Shown: in pieces, positions 11,332 to 19,642 of the stretch
Layout: every line of letters begins with the position of its first letter
How positions within the stretch are numbered: position 1 is the first letter of the stretch
From: an uncultured Syntrophomonadaceae bacterium
GTDB taxonomy: Bacteria; Bacillota; Syntrophomonadia; Syntrophomonadales; Syntrophomonadaceae
Direction of reading: 5' to 3'
Length of the DNA: 64,000 nucleotides
Assembly (NCBI GenBank): GCA_964623245.1
Contig: CAZUSS010000001.1
Coordinates: forward strand, 30,821 to 94,820
Made by a program: the position numbers and the translations under genes
The notes under the pieces: generated by a model
What the model was told of the DNA's origin: nothing
Seen by the model: the letters and a program-made list of their open reading frames with translations, nothing else
The model's database searches: none

Positions 11332-11763
11332 CTAAATGCCTAAATCTACTAAGTTTTCCGCTATTTCCTCAAAAGAGGAACTGGCCATTTCATTATATTC
11401 TGCCCATTTAGCTGTTGACCAAACCTCTATTCTTGAACCTACCCCAATGACAACAGTGTCCCTTTCAATTTCAGCATATTCTCTTAGGTTAACAGGAATC
11501 ACAGTCCTGCCTTGTTTGTCTATTTCGAGTTCGGCTGCCCCAGAAAAGAAAAAGCGGACAAAAGAACGCACATCTGCCCTGCTTACAGGTAGCTTATTTA
11601 GTTTATTTTCTATTTCTTGCCACTCACTTAAAGGGTATAGGAATATGCAGTTATCCAAACCCTTGGTCGCTACAAACTTATCACCTAATTCATTTCTAAA
11701 TTTAGAGGGAATAGTGATTCGCCCTTTAGTATCTAATGAATGTTGGTGTTCTCCTAGAAACAT
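11332..11763 (-). CDS. mraZ: division/cell wall cluster transcriptional regulator MraZ
   Basis: Duplicated SpoVT-AbrB-type halves with LDTKGRITIP and IDKQGRTVIP. Start moved to the ATG at 11763 (MFLGEHQ..., AAGGAG 7 nt upstream). The track start at 11823 would run through the operator repeats. Confidence 0.92.
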   Translation of the reverse strand: MFLGEHQHSLDTKGRITIPSKFRNELGDKFVATKGLDNCIFLYPLSEWQEIENKLNKLPVSRADVRSFVRFFFSGAAELEIDKQGRTVIPVNLREYAEIERDTVVIGVGSRIEVWSTAKWAEYNEMASSSFEEIAENLVDLGI

Positions 11764-11791
11764 AAATAAACTCCTTTTTCGGTTTAGGGAA

Positions 11792-11821
11792 TATGCTCCA
11801 CTTCTCTCCACTTCGTACCAC
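11792..11821 (-). promoter_or_regulatory. three direct MraZ-box-like repeats (GTGGW plus 5-nt spacer, period 10) upstream of mraZ
   Basis: The minus strand reads GTGGTACGAA GTGGAGAGAA GTGGAGCATA, 29-58 nt upstream of the mraZ ATG. Three pentamer repeats with 5-nt spacers is the MraZ operator architecture described for E. coli. A possible TTCACA-N17-TACTAA promoter lies just upstream. Confidence 0.55.
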
Positions 11822-12099
11822 AAATATTCTCTTTAGTAAACTAGTTTACCTTCTTTGTGAAATAAATAACTATATCTATTGGCAATTATTTTCCTGGCCT
11901 TTCTCCTAATAAACCCCATTATATCGGCTTTTTAGATAAATTTAGCCTTTTTCAACTTTTCCAAAAATTATACTATAGTCCTATTTTGTCGTGAGACCTT
12001 AGCTTGGAAGATTTGGGTATGTGACAGGGTAAAATAAACTAATGATTAAATGTGGAAAATAAGATACTTAAGTAAGGCGGGAGGTAAGGATAGGGTTAT

Positions 12100-13149
12100 T
12101 TATACTATCCAGATAGAATTGGAAAATATCCAAGGGCGCCAAGACTTACCATGTCTATGATAGACTTCTAGACGATAAATCCCATCTTCTTGTACTTTTA
12201 TGACGAAATAATCGCCGTATAATTGTTTTATTTGCTCACCATTACGCATTAATAGCACTTTGGCTTTGCTAGGCAATTTAATTATAAAAGCCATGTCGTT
12301 TTTCAGCTTTACCTGACTGCCCATAGAAAAAACTTCCCCCTTATAGTTTAGGGTAAAGCGAAATCCTCTAGAATCCCTATAATAATCGTATCCTACCCAT
12401 GAATTACCTGATCTTAAAGCCCTATATACTGATTTTTTGTCTGGGGCAAATTCTTTTTTTAATTTTTTATCTAGCAATATATGCATATTGATACATTTAA
12501 AAGAATAGTAATAGGGACCCATTGTAGCTAAGGTTATGGGGCCAAATTTAACCTTGATATTATGGGCATCAGAACCACCGTATGCCATTACTTTTTGACC
12601 ATTGCTTTGTAATTCATCTAACCAAGCCATTACTTCTGGATAGGGCCCAATTAAAGCCTTATGAGGATTGAATAATAAGTATAAAGCAGAGAATATGTTT
12701 TTAATCCCATCTTTCCATTGGGATAAGTAATTCCAAATTTCTATCCCTTGGAAATCTGTGACCTTATAATCGGTCCAATTAAAAGTTATGCCTTTTTTAT
12801 AAAGTGGTGAGCCTTTTTCAACCGGATGGGCTATTATCCCAAACCCACCTTGGGCATTAACAGCATCAATGACTGCTTGCGGGTTTTCAGTGTTGTTAGG
12901 TACAATTTTTTCAATATCCAAGGCTAAATAGTGGTTACAAGTATCATTCACTTCCTCCCCGATTAAGGTAAGAACTCCATAGTTATAACCTTCTTCCCCA
13001 TTATCTAAGCCTGCTAGTGTTTCGTGATCGGTAATAACTATAAAATCAAGCTGGGCTTTACTAGCTAATTTAGCAATTTTATTTATCCCATATCCCCCAT
13101 CGGAGTAAGTGGAATGCATATGTATGTTACCAACATATTCGTACATCAT
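12100..13149 (-). CDS. PHP-domain metal-dependent phosphoesterase with a C-terminal extension
   Basis: N-terminal HMHSTYSDG and ITDHE motifs of the PHP (polymerase/histidinol phosphatase) fold. The ~120-aa C-terminal beta-rich region is unassigned. Confidence 0.75.
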   Translation of the reverse strand: MMYEYVGNIHMHSTYSDGGYGINKIAKLASKAQLDFIVITDHETLAGLDNGEEGYNYGVLTLIGEEVNDTCNHYLALDIEKIVPNNTENPQAVIDAVNAQGGFGIIAHPVEKGSPLYKKGITFNWTDYKVTDFQGIEIWNYLSQWKDGIKNIFSALYLLFNPHKALIGPYPEVMAWLDELQSNGQKVMAYGGSDAHNIKVKFGPITLATMGPYYYSFKCINMHILLDKKLKKEFAPDKKSVYRALRSGNSWVGYDYYRDSRGFRFTLNYKGEVFSMGSQVKLKNDMAFIIKLPSKAKVLLMRNGEQIKQLYGDYFVIKVQEDGIYRLEVYHRHGKSWRPWIFSNSIWIV

Positions 13150-13351
13150 TATCCCCTTTCCTGAATGCAGCCTGTTTTATGAATTGCCCTAGATATCATT
13201 AATGTATCGCCTTGAATTTATAAGTATGCAAGAACCATTGCCGAAACATGGAGGAAACACCTTATATCCTCCTAATCCATTATATTATCCACCGATTCAT
13301 AATATCATTATTGCCATAAATTTACCCTTAAATAATGATATTAGGCCAAAG

Positions 13352-13386
13352 AAAAAAGGTGGCGGGATTGTTCATTCCCAGCCACC
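13352..13386 (-). terminator. rho-independent terminator after the CuAO-N stalk-domain gene
   Basis: Minus strand GGTGGCTGGGA-ATGAACA-ATCCCGCCACC followed by TTTTTT. Confidence 0.75.
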
Positions 13387-13403
13387 CTTTTGGAGTTTAT
13401 GTT

Positions 13404-14084
13404 TTATTCAACCACTTTAACCACTAAGTTTTGGCTACCATCATCAAATGTAATGGTTAGGGTTAATTCTGTTCCAGTTGGAACCATATTAATTGGTACA
13501 GGAAGTAGATCGGTAAGTTCTTTCTTAACGGTTAGTACATCACCATCTACTACATAATGGGTACCTTCTTTAGGTTCGATATTTACGGCTCCACCTAAAG
13601 CAGTACCTTTCATACCAGTAATTTCAGAAGCAGGACCCCAAGTAACATCGATTACGATGTCAGCAGGTGCATTCTTATTGAAGTCTACAGCAGTTGGAGC
13701 AATGGCTAAGTCAGCTACCGGCTCCTCTTCCACTGGTTCCTCCTCTACTACTGGTTCCTCTTCGACTGGTTCTTCTTCAACAACTGGTTCTTCGACTACA
13801 GGTGCATCACCTAGGATAACGGTTCTAGTGTCATTATCCCAATCGACTTTGACGCCTAGTGCGTCACCTAAAGCTCTCACTGGTAAATAGGTTCTGTCAT
13901 TGTAAACGATAGGACTAAGTTTTACGTCCCCATCCATGGCTACAAAATCCTCACCATCAACAAGGAACTTGAAATCGTGGGCTAAATTAGCTTGGATCGC
14001 TTCGATGCTAGATCCAGCAAAAGCCCCTGCAGCAAACACCAGTAAAGCGGCTACTGCAATAAGTACTACTACTCTTTTTTTCAT
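13404..14084 (-). CDS. secreted protein: copper amine oxidase N-terminal-like (stalk) domain, acidic PVEEE repeat linker, C-terminal beta domain
   Basis: Signal peptide MKKRVVVLIAVAALLVFAAGAFA. The stalk-domain signature VYNDRTYLPVRALGDALGVKVDWDNDTRTVIL is present. ATG at 14084 is preferred (AGGAGGG 8 nt upstream) over the TTG at 14090. Confidence 0.75.
   Translation of the reverse strand: MKKRVVVLIAVAALLVFAAGAFAGSSIEAIQANLAHDFKFLVDGEDFVAMDGDVKLSPIVYNDRTYLPVRALGDALGVKVDWDNDTRTVILGDAPVVEEPVVEEEPVEEEPVVEEEPVEEEPVADLAIAPTAVDFNKNAPADIVIDVTWGPASEITGMKGTALGGAVNIEPKEGTHYVVDGDVLTVKKELTDLLPVPINMVPTGTELTLTITFDDGSQNLVVKVVE
13717..13803 (-). repeat. imperfect 15/18-nt in-frame tandem repeat encoding (E)PV(V)EEE units
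   Basis: The plus-strand core CTGGTTC recurs at 13733, 13751, 13766 and 13784 (spacing 18/15/18). It encodes PVVEEPVVEEEPVEEEPVVEEEPVEEEPV. Confidence 0.85.
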
Positions 14085-14114
14085 GAACAATTCCCTCCTA
14101 TTAATATTTATATT

Positions 14115-16061
14115 CTAGGCCTCTTCCTCTACGGGTGCCTCGAATAACTGTTTTGGTGGTCTGCCTAGTATTATTAAAATGACTAGAGCTACCGCTAGGG
14201 CCCCAAGGCCATAATTCATGGCTTTAGCTTCCTTGTTTACTTCGGGTGTCTGGAATACGTAGGCTACAGTGCCAAAAGCACCTTCGGGTTTACCTAAGAA
14301 GGTATTAGCTTCACCAGCATTAAGTTCTAGTGCAGCTACTATAGCGTCCACTGATTCAAAAGTTTGTAAGCCTTCAGCTATAGCTTCCTTAGCACCACCG
14401 GCACCACTACCAATTTGTCCAGTACCTTCTTGTAATTGCACAATACCGGGAACCATTTGGCCATCAATGGCATCCTGTAAATAATCTAGGGCATAAAGTA
14501 GGCTACCGGGGCTACCATTCAACATAACTTTAACTGGATTTCCTTTTTCGTCTAATTGACCTAAACCAATAACCATCATAGTTAGCCCTTGGTCCACCTT
14601 ATTTAGACTATCTGACATTACGCTGGCTCCTAGTTCTAAGGCAGATATGCTAGCTGGGAATGGCATTGTACCTGTGGCGGTTATTAGAGTGCCACCATCC
14701 CTAAATACAGCAATATTTGTATTAATTGCCTGTAATTTAGGTTCTATGGCTCCAGTAATAATTTGTTCCGCAGGGGTACCAGCAACTGCAGCTTTCAAGG
14801 CATTAACATCATTGTATAAACTGGTTGATAAGGCAGGTGACTGTCCTTGGTCTGCAGATGTTCCAATAGTAGTTTGCAAGGTAGACAAAACAAGTTTTTG
14901 CGCACTAAAGGCTGGAATAAATTTTTCATCAACATTTTCTTTCAATAGTCCTACTGCATCTTTAACCCCAGGAGTATTACCACTTGCATCTGCACCCTTG
15001 AGGGTGTCGTATGTAGCTTTATTAAAGTTGGGGGCTTGCATACCGTACCTTATGGTTTTCAAATTATCCTTTAGGGTGCTTAGTCCTCCACTGACTTGAT
15101 GTAAGCCATCTTTAAGGGAGGAAAGACCGAATAATAGGGTTTGGTCTTTGTTAGGTGCACCAACACCGGATTCGATTTGATCAAATCCATCGTATAACAT
15201 ATTTAAACTTTCTTGCACAGTACCTAAATTATCTATTTCTGCTGTGGTCGGTACTATGGGAATAACTCCGATTTTAAAGCTAGGCAGTTCAATGTCTTTG
15301 GCATCTGCTTCTAGAACTGCATATTGTTTAGCAGGAAACTTAGGTGGAACCAAGGGAGCAGTCCAACTTACTTGGGTAACTCCTTGCACATTAAGCAAGA
15401 CACCTTCCGGTGATTCCCCTTCTATCCCTGGTGCTACAATATTGGAAAATTTCCGATTATCAAATTCCCACCCAGATAAAGATACTACATAAGGAGTAAA
15501 TATTTCAGTTTCTTGTTTTACTACTTCCCCATTCGAATCAGTAAATTCTAATTCTGTCATTTTACCGGTAGTATTCTCTAAATGACATACAATTTTCAAA
15601 TGTCCAGATTTACCAGTTAACTTAGAAGGTGCAATTTTCTTCCCATCTAGGAAGTATTCCACATTTATTTTAACTGGTACCTCTATATTGCTAACTTCCT
15701 TTTTATCTAGTTCTGCTAAATAGTATATATCACTAAATGCTTCCCCTTGCGGAATATTAGCTTTCATTTTCAGACTGCCATCTTGGATAGCGATCTTTTC
15801 CGTACTGTACAAATTACGAACTGAAGATAATTTATATTTTGATTTATCTTCAAAAGCAACATTTCCTTGACCTAAAACCCGGATGTGGTTTAGTACTTGG
15901 ATGTCTGCAATTTCACTGTTGTCGTTCAAGTTTAATATAACTAACTCATTATCTAGTATCTTTTCCGGATTTCCTTGAGCATTGACTGAAAGTGGCGCTA
16001 TTACTAAACTTAAAGCCATGAATAGAATAAATATTCTTTTTAATTTAGTAGCTTTACGCAA
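14115..16061 (-). CDS. exported, C-terminally anchored protein with YhgE/Pip-like heptad (xxxLxxG) repeat ectodomain
   Basis: Signal peptide ...APLSVNAQG and a single C-terminal TM (GLGALAVALVILIILG) with an acidic tail APVEEEA. The central region carries repeats such as LSSLKDGLHQVSGGLSTLKDNL, LDYLQDAIDG and IAEGLQTF, typical of YhgE/Pip/EsaA ectodomains. Confidence 0.6.
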   Translation of the reverse strand: MRKATKLKRIFILFMALSLVIAPLSVNAQGNPEKILDNELVILNLNDNSEIADIQVLNHIRVLGQGNVAFEDKSKYKLSSVRNLYSTEKIAIQDGSLKMKANIPQGEAFSDIYYLAELDKKEVSNIEVPVKINVEYFLDGKKIAPSKLTGKSGHLKIVCHLENTTGKMTELEFTDSNGEVVKQETEIFTPYVVSLSGWEFDNRKFSNIVAPGIEGESPEGVLLNVQGVTQVSWTAPLVPPKFPAKQYAVLEADAKDIELPSFKIGVIPIVPTTAEIDNLGTVQESLNMLYDGFDQIESGVGAPNKDQTLLFGLSSLKDGLHQVSGGLSTLKDNLKTIRYGMQAPNFNKATYDTLKGADASGNTPGVKDAVGLLKENVDEKFIPAFSAQKLVLSTLQTTIGTSADQGQSPALSTSLYNDVNALKAAVAGTPAEQIITGAIEPKLQAINTNIAVFRDGGTLITATGTMPFPASISALELGASVMSDSLNKVDQGLTMMVIGLGQLDEKGNPVKVMLNGSPGSLLYALDYLQDAIDGQMVPGIVQLQEGTGQIGSGAGGAKEAIAEGLQTFESVDAIVAALELNAGEANTFLGKPEGAFGTVAYVFQTPEVNKEAKAMNYGLGALAVALVILIILGRPPKQLFEAPVEEEA

Positions 16062-16079
16062 AATTCTCCCTCCCCTCTA

Positions 16080-16574
16080 TTATTGATTTACAGCCATAGC
16101 AATCTTAATGACTAGCAATGATAACACTAAACCGATTAACAAAGTAACACTAACCCCAACAGCAGCTGGTAAAGCTATGCTACCTAATGCTGGAGTATCA
16201 GTCATATAAGTTCCAAAAACTGCTGCAAAATAACCAGCCCATCCTAAAAACATAGCATCAATTCTCATACCAGTAGTAGATAAAAGGATTAAAAGAAATA
16301 AAGAAACGGCTGATACTATGGTTAAATAGATTAAATGGTCTGGTGGAAGTGGCATTTTGGTAGCTAATATAATAATTCCAATTAGACCTACAATTACCCC
16401 AATTAGTAATGATATACCAGTTCTTAGGTAATCACCGAATGGACCAATTACGGCAAACATTGCCATCGTAATTGCAGCCAAATAGAATGCAGTAGCACCA
16501 ATATACCCCTGGAAGAATACGAATATTGCAAAAAATATTGCGACTATTAAGCCTAGACCTATAGCCTTTTTCAT
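16080..16574 (-). CDS. small polytopic membrane protein, DUF1097 (YcdZ)-like
   Basis: 164 aa with about 5 TM segments. The FLGWAGYFAA segment resembles the WAGFLGCTAYFA region I recall from E. coli YcdZ. The assignment is tentative. Confidence 0.45.
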   Translation of the reverse strand: MKKAIGLGLIVAIFFAIFVFFQGYIGATAFYLAAITMAMFAVIGPFGDYLRTGISLLIGVIVGLIGIIILATKMPLPPDHLIYLTIVSAVSLFLLILLSTTGMRIDAMFLGWAGYFAAVFGTYMTDTPALGSIALPAAVGVSVTLLIGLVLSLLVIKIAMAVNQ

Positions 16575-16752
16575 TTAGTCACCTCCTTTACCGAGTTTTT
16601 CCGTAAAGTGCCATGATTGAGGTGTTACCAATACTGCGAAGGACGATACATCTGGAATAAAACCAAATAAACTATAAATATAATTATAGCAATTATTAAT
16701 ATAGCCCCTATGATATGTAGTAAAAATAGTATGACAATTATCTTTAAAGCAT

Positions 16753-16788
16753 TACAAAATTTAACCTTCCTAATAACTAAGGAAAGGT
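16753..16788 (-). terminator. probable terminator after the ACT-domain gene
   Basis: Minus strand ACCTTTCC-TTAGTTATTA-GGAAGGT followed by TAAATTTTGT. One bulge and an interrupted U-run. Confidence 0.5.
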
Positions 16789-16797
16789 ATATTTGAC

Positions 16798-17226
16798 TTA
16801 AAGTCTGTATAGTTCAGTTTCATCTAAAAACTTTATGCCCTTTTCAATAAATGTATCTCGGGCTTTAGCAAAATCTTCTACTTTGAATATAACTAAGGCA
16901 TCATTTTCTGCGGTACCTAAAAATGCGTATAAGTATTCGATATTTAAACTAGCATCCGACATTTGTTCTAATACATCTGCTAATCCACCTGGAGAATCAG
17001 GTACCTGTACTGCAATAACTTCTGTTTCGCTAACCGTAAACCCTGCTTCCTTTAAAATGTTATAGGCTTTTTCTGGATCAGAAACTATTATTCTTAATAT
17101 ACCAAAATCGGAGGTATCAGCTATTGACAGTGCCCTAATATTTATATCCGCTTCACCTAATACTCTAGTTACATGGGAAAGGCGACCCGCTTTATTTTCC
17201 AGAAATACAGAAATTTGCTTTGCCAT
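16798..17226 (-). CDS. tandem ACT-domain protein
   Basis: Two ACT-like halves (ISVFLENKAGRL... and IAVQVPDSPGGLADV...). This is the common partner of PaaK-like ligases in anaerobes. Confidence 0.8.
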   Translation of the reverse strand: MAKQISVFLENKAGRLSHVTRVLGEADINIRALSIADTSDFGILRIIVSDPEKAYNILKEAGFTVSETEVIAVQVPDSPGGLADVLEQMSDASLNIEYLYAFLGTAENDALVIFKVEDFAKARDTFIEKGIKFLDETELYRL

Positions 17227-17237
17227 ATTATTCCTCC

Positions 17238-18539
17238 TTATAATTGTCTTTTATCAATGACCCTTTTGGCTTTACCTTCACTTCTTTCAATAGACTTGGG
17301 TTCTACCAACCTGACTTTAACCCCTACCCCTAGGGAACTTTCTAGTTCCTTTTTAATATGAGCCCCAAGTTCTTCTAGCTTTCTTACCTCATCACTGAAT
17401 ACCTCTTCCGATACTTCTACCTGGACCTCTAGTATATCTAAAGTACCTTTTCGGTCTACAATCAATAAGTAATGGGGTTCTACACCTGGTATTTGTAGTA
17501 ATACACTCTCCACCATAGATGGAAATACATTTACACCCCTTATGATTACCATGTCATCTGACCTACCTAAAACTTTTTGCATTCTAACATGGGTTCTACC
17601 ACATGAACATAGGTCAGTAGTTATTGAGGTCAAGTCCCCTGTCCTATATCTCAGCAATGGAAGGGCTTCCTTAGTCACTGCAGAGATAACTAATTCCCCC
17701 TGCTCACCTTCTGCTAGGACTTTTCCGGATATGGGATCAATGATCTCTACAATAAAATGGTCTTCGGCTATATGTAAACCTGATTTCTGAGAACATTCTA
17801 TGGCTACACCCGGTCCTATTATTTCACTGAGACCGTAGATATCATAAGCGTCTATTTGTAAGTTTTTTTCTATTTCAGCGCGCATACCTTCAGACCATGG
17901 TTCAGCACCGAAAATTCCTGAATTAAGTTTAAGTTCTTCTGGTCTTACACCCATTTCCCGCATCTCTTCATACATAAACAAGGCATAAGACGGTGTGCAG
18001 GTAAGCACGGTAGTTCCGAAATCCTGCATGAGCATTATTTGCCGTTTAGTATTACCACCCGAACTGGGTATCACAGAAGCTCCCAGTTTTTCGGCCCCGT
18101 AATGGACCCCTAAGCCCCCAGTAAATAAACCATAGCCATAAGCATTTTGGATTACTGAACGCCTATTGGCTCCTGCACTACATAAAGCCCGGGCCATTAA
18201 TTCAGCCCAAATATCTATATCTTTTTTGGTATAACCTACGACAGTTGGTTTCCCAGTTGTACCAGATGAGGAATGAATCCTGATTACTTCACTCATGGGT
18301 ACTGCAAATAGATTAAATGGATAATTATCTCTTAAATCTTGTTTAGTAGTAAAAGGTAGCAAGTATAAATCTTCTAGCGAATTAATATCATCTGGTTTAA
18401 TTCCTGCCCTATCCATTTTTTCCTTATAAGTCGGCACAAAGGCATACATACGGTAGACAGTTTCCTTTAATCTACGAGTTTGAAATCTTTCTAATTCATG
18501 CCTAGACATACATTCTTTTTCAATATCCCAATATGACAA
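17238..18539 (-). CDS. phenylacetate-CoA ligase family (PaaK-like adenylate-forming enzyme)
   Basis: AMP-binding [10 protein letters not shown] and the PaaK-like N-terminus [19 protein letters not shown]. Start re-called to the TTG at 18539 (GAGGAGG 8 nt upstream). The track GTG at 18593 has no RBS. Confidence 0.85.
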   Translation of the reverse strand: MSYWDIEKECMSRHELERFQTRRLKETVYRMYAFVPTYKEKMDRAGIKPDDINSLEDLYLLPFTTKQDLRDNYPFNLFAVPMSEVIRIHSSSGTTGKPTVVGYTKKDIDIWAELMARALCSAGANRRSVIQNAYGYGLFTGGLGVHYGAEKLGASVIPSSGGNTKRQIMLMQDFGTTVLTCTPSYALFMYEEMREMGVRPEELKLNSGIFGAEPWSEGMRAEIEKNLQIDAYDIYGLSEIIGPGVAIECSQKSGLHIAEDHFIVEIIDPISGKVLAEGEQGELVISAVTKEALPLLRYRTGDLTSITTDLCSCGRTHVRMQKVLGRSDDMVIIRGVNVFPSMVESVLLQIPGVEPHYLLIVDRKGTLDILEVQVEVSEEVFSDEVRKLEELGAHIKKELESSLGVGVKVRLVEPKSIERSEGKAKRVIDKRQL

Positions 18540-18646
18540 ATATTCTACCTCCTCAATTTTTTTCCTGCTTAAACTTTTAGAATATTTACACACTATAACT
18601 TTAAATTATTATGTTTAGTAATAAAACTTGGCTAGAAATTTAATCC

Positions 18647-19339
18647 TTAATCTATTAGATTCCTTATTACTACACTAGCTAATAAAAGTCCTGCTGTTCC
18701 AGGCACAAAGGAAATAGTACCTAATTTATTAAGCCCATCATCTTTAGGTTCTAGGGGTTTTTCGGTAGAATAGACCACAGTAACACCCTCGTGGATATCA
18801 TATTTACGCAGGCTCCTACGTACTTTTCTGGCCAAGGGGCATGTGGTAGTGTTTTTTATATCCCCGATTTTAAGTAGGGCAGGATTTAGGCGATTGGCAA
18901 ACCCCATGGCACTCACTAAAGGAATATCATGGGTAAGACAATATCTAATTAATTGTATCTTATCTGTAACTGAATCTATAGCATCAATTAGATAATCTAC
19001 TTTACCTGCTAATATTCTAGATTGATTTTCCTGGTTAATGTAATCTGTATACTTACTAATTATAACATTAGGATTAATATCTAAAAGCCTTTTTTCCATA
19101 ATATCTGTCTTGTACTGACCCACAGTAGAAATTAATGCTGGCAATTGGCGGTTTATATTGCTTTCGTCTACTGTATCTGCATCTACTATAAGAATATGCC
19201 CCACCCCCGCCCGACATATAGCCTCAAGAGCATAGGAACCTACCCCACCTAGCCCAATTACAGCCACAGTAGAGTTAGACAGAGTCTCTATATTGCTTTT
19301 TCCTATAAGTAGTTCCGTACGTGAAAAGATATTTTGCAT
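18647..19339 (-). CDS. tcdA: tRNA threonylcarbamoyladenosine dehydratase (ThiF/E1-like, YrvM/TcdA family)
   Basis: E1-like Rossmann IGLGGVGSY, ~230 aa. Same position relative to aspS as B. subtilis yrvM. Confidence 0.8.
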   Translation of the reverse strand: MQNIFSRTELLIGKSNIETLSNSTVAVIGLGGVGSYALEAICRAGVGHILIVDADTVDESNINRQLPALISTVGQYKTDIMEKRLLDINPNVIISKYTDYINQENQSRILAGKVDYLIDAIDSVTDKIQLIRYCLTHDIPLVSAMGFANRLNPALLKIGDIKNTTTCPLARKVRRSLRKYDIHEGVTVVYSTEKPLEPKDDGLNKLGTISFVPGTAGLLLASVVIRNLID

Positions 19340-19367
19340 GGTTTACCCCTAATACTATAAATGAATA

Positions 19368-19571
19368 TAAAAAAGCCCCACTGAGCCGTAGTAAGTCGCG
19401 GAGTTTAAACCTGATTTGTTCAGGTGGGTGCCCTCCTGTATATAATTCTTAATCCCTATTGGGCATATAAACTATATACAGAGCCGAAGCTCCCTTTAAT
19501 TTGGTGTTGGCAAAAACTTAGCGACACACTCGCACACAGTAGGGATTTCCTACCTCATATTCTTCTGACTA
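19368..19571 (-). ncRNA. ssrS: 6S RNA (SsrS/BsrA-like); ends are approximate, +/-20 nt
   Basis: ORF-free 303-nt gap. The minus-strand 5' AAAUCCCUACUGUGUGCGAGUGUGUCGC pairs (with G-U) to the 3' GCGACUUACUACGGCUCAGUGGGGCUUU. An apical stem CUCUGUAUAUA.../...UAUAUACAGGAG surrounds GCCC-AAUA-GGG, the central segments are unpaired, and the 3' end has a U-run. In B. subtilis the same aspS-yrvM spacer carries 6S-1 RNA. Confidence 0.75.
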
Positions 19572-19577
19572 GCTAAA

Positions 19578-19606
19578 ATAATAGCACATAATTGTTCAAT
19601 CTTCAA
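19578..19606 (-). promoter_or_regulatory. putative sigma-A promoter of the 6S RNA
   Basis: Minus strand TTGAAG-N17-TATTAT, with the -10 about 7 nt upstream of the proposed 5' end. Confidence 0.4.
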
Positions 19607-19642
19607 TAATAGAGAATATCCATAAAATCCAGTAAAAGTAAT

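Noticed and set aside
11837-12099. Small ORFs in the mraZ upstream spacer, for example a 27-aa basic peptide MGFIRRKARKIIANRYSYLFHKEGKLVY on the minus strand.
   Set aside because: No RBS and no recognisable motif. It overlaps the probable dcw promoter/operator region and is likely fortuitous in AT-rich DNA.
13202-13420. 72-aa plus-strand ORF between the PHP gene and the stalk-domain gene.
   Set aside because: It runs through the minus-strand terminator hairpin, has no RBS, and has a proline/isoleucine-rich nonsense-like composition.
14115-16061. YhgE/Pip/EsaA-like protein as part of a type VII secretion locus.
   Set aside because: No EssC-type FtsK/SpoIIIE ATPase, no EsxA/WXG100, and no EssA/EssB genes anywhere in the window.
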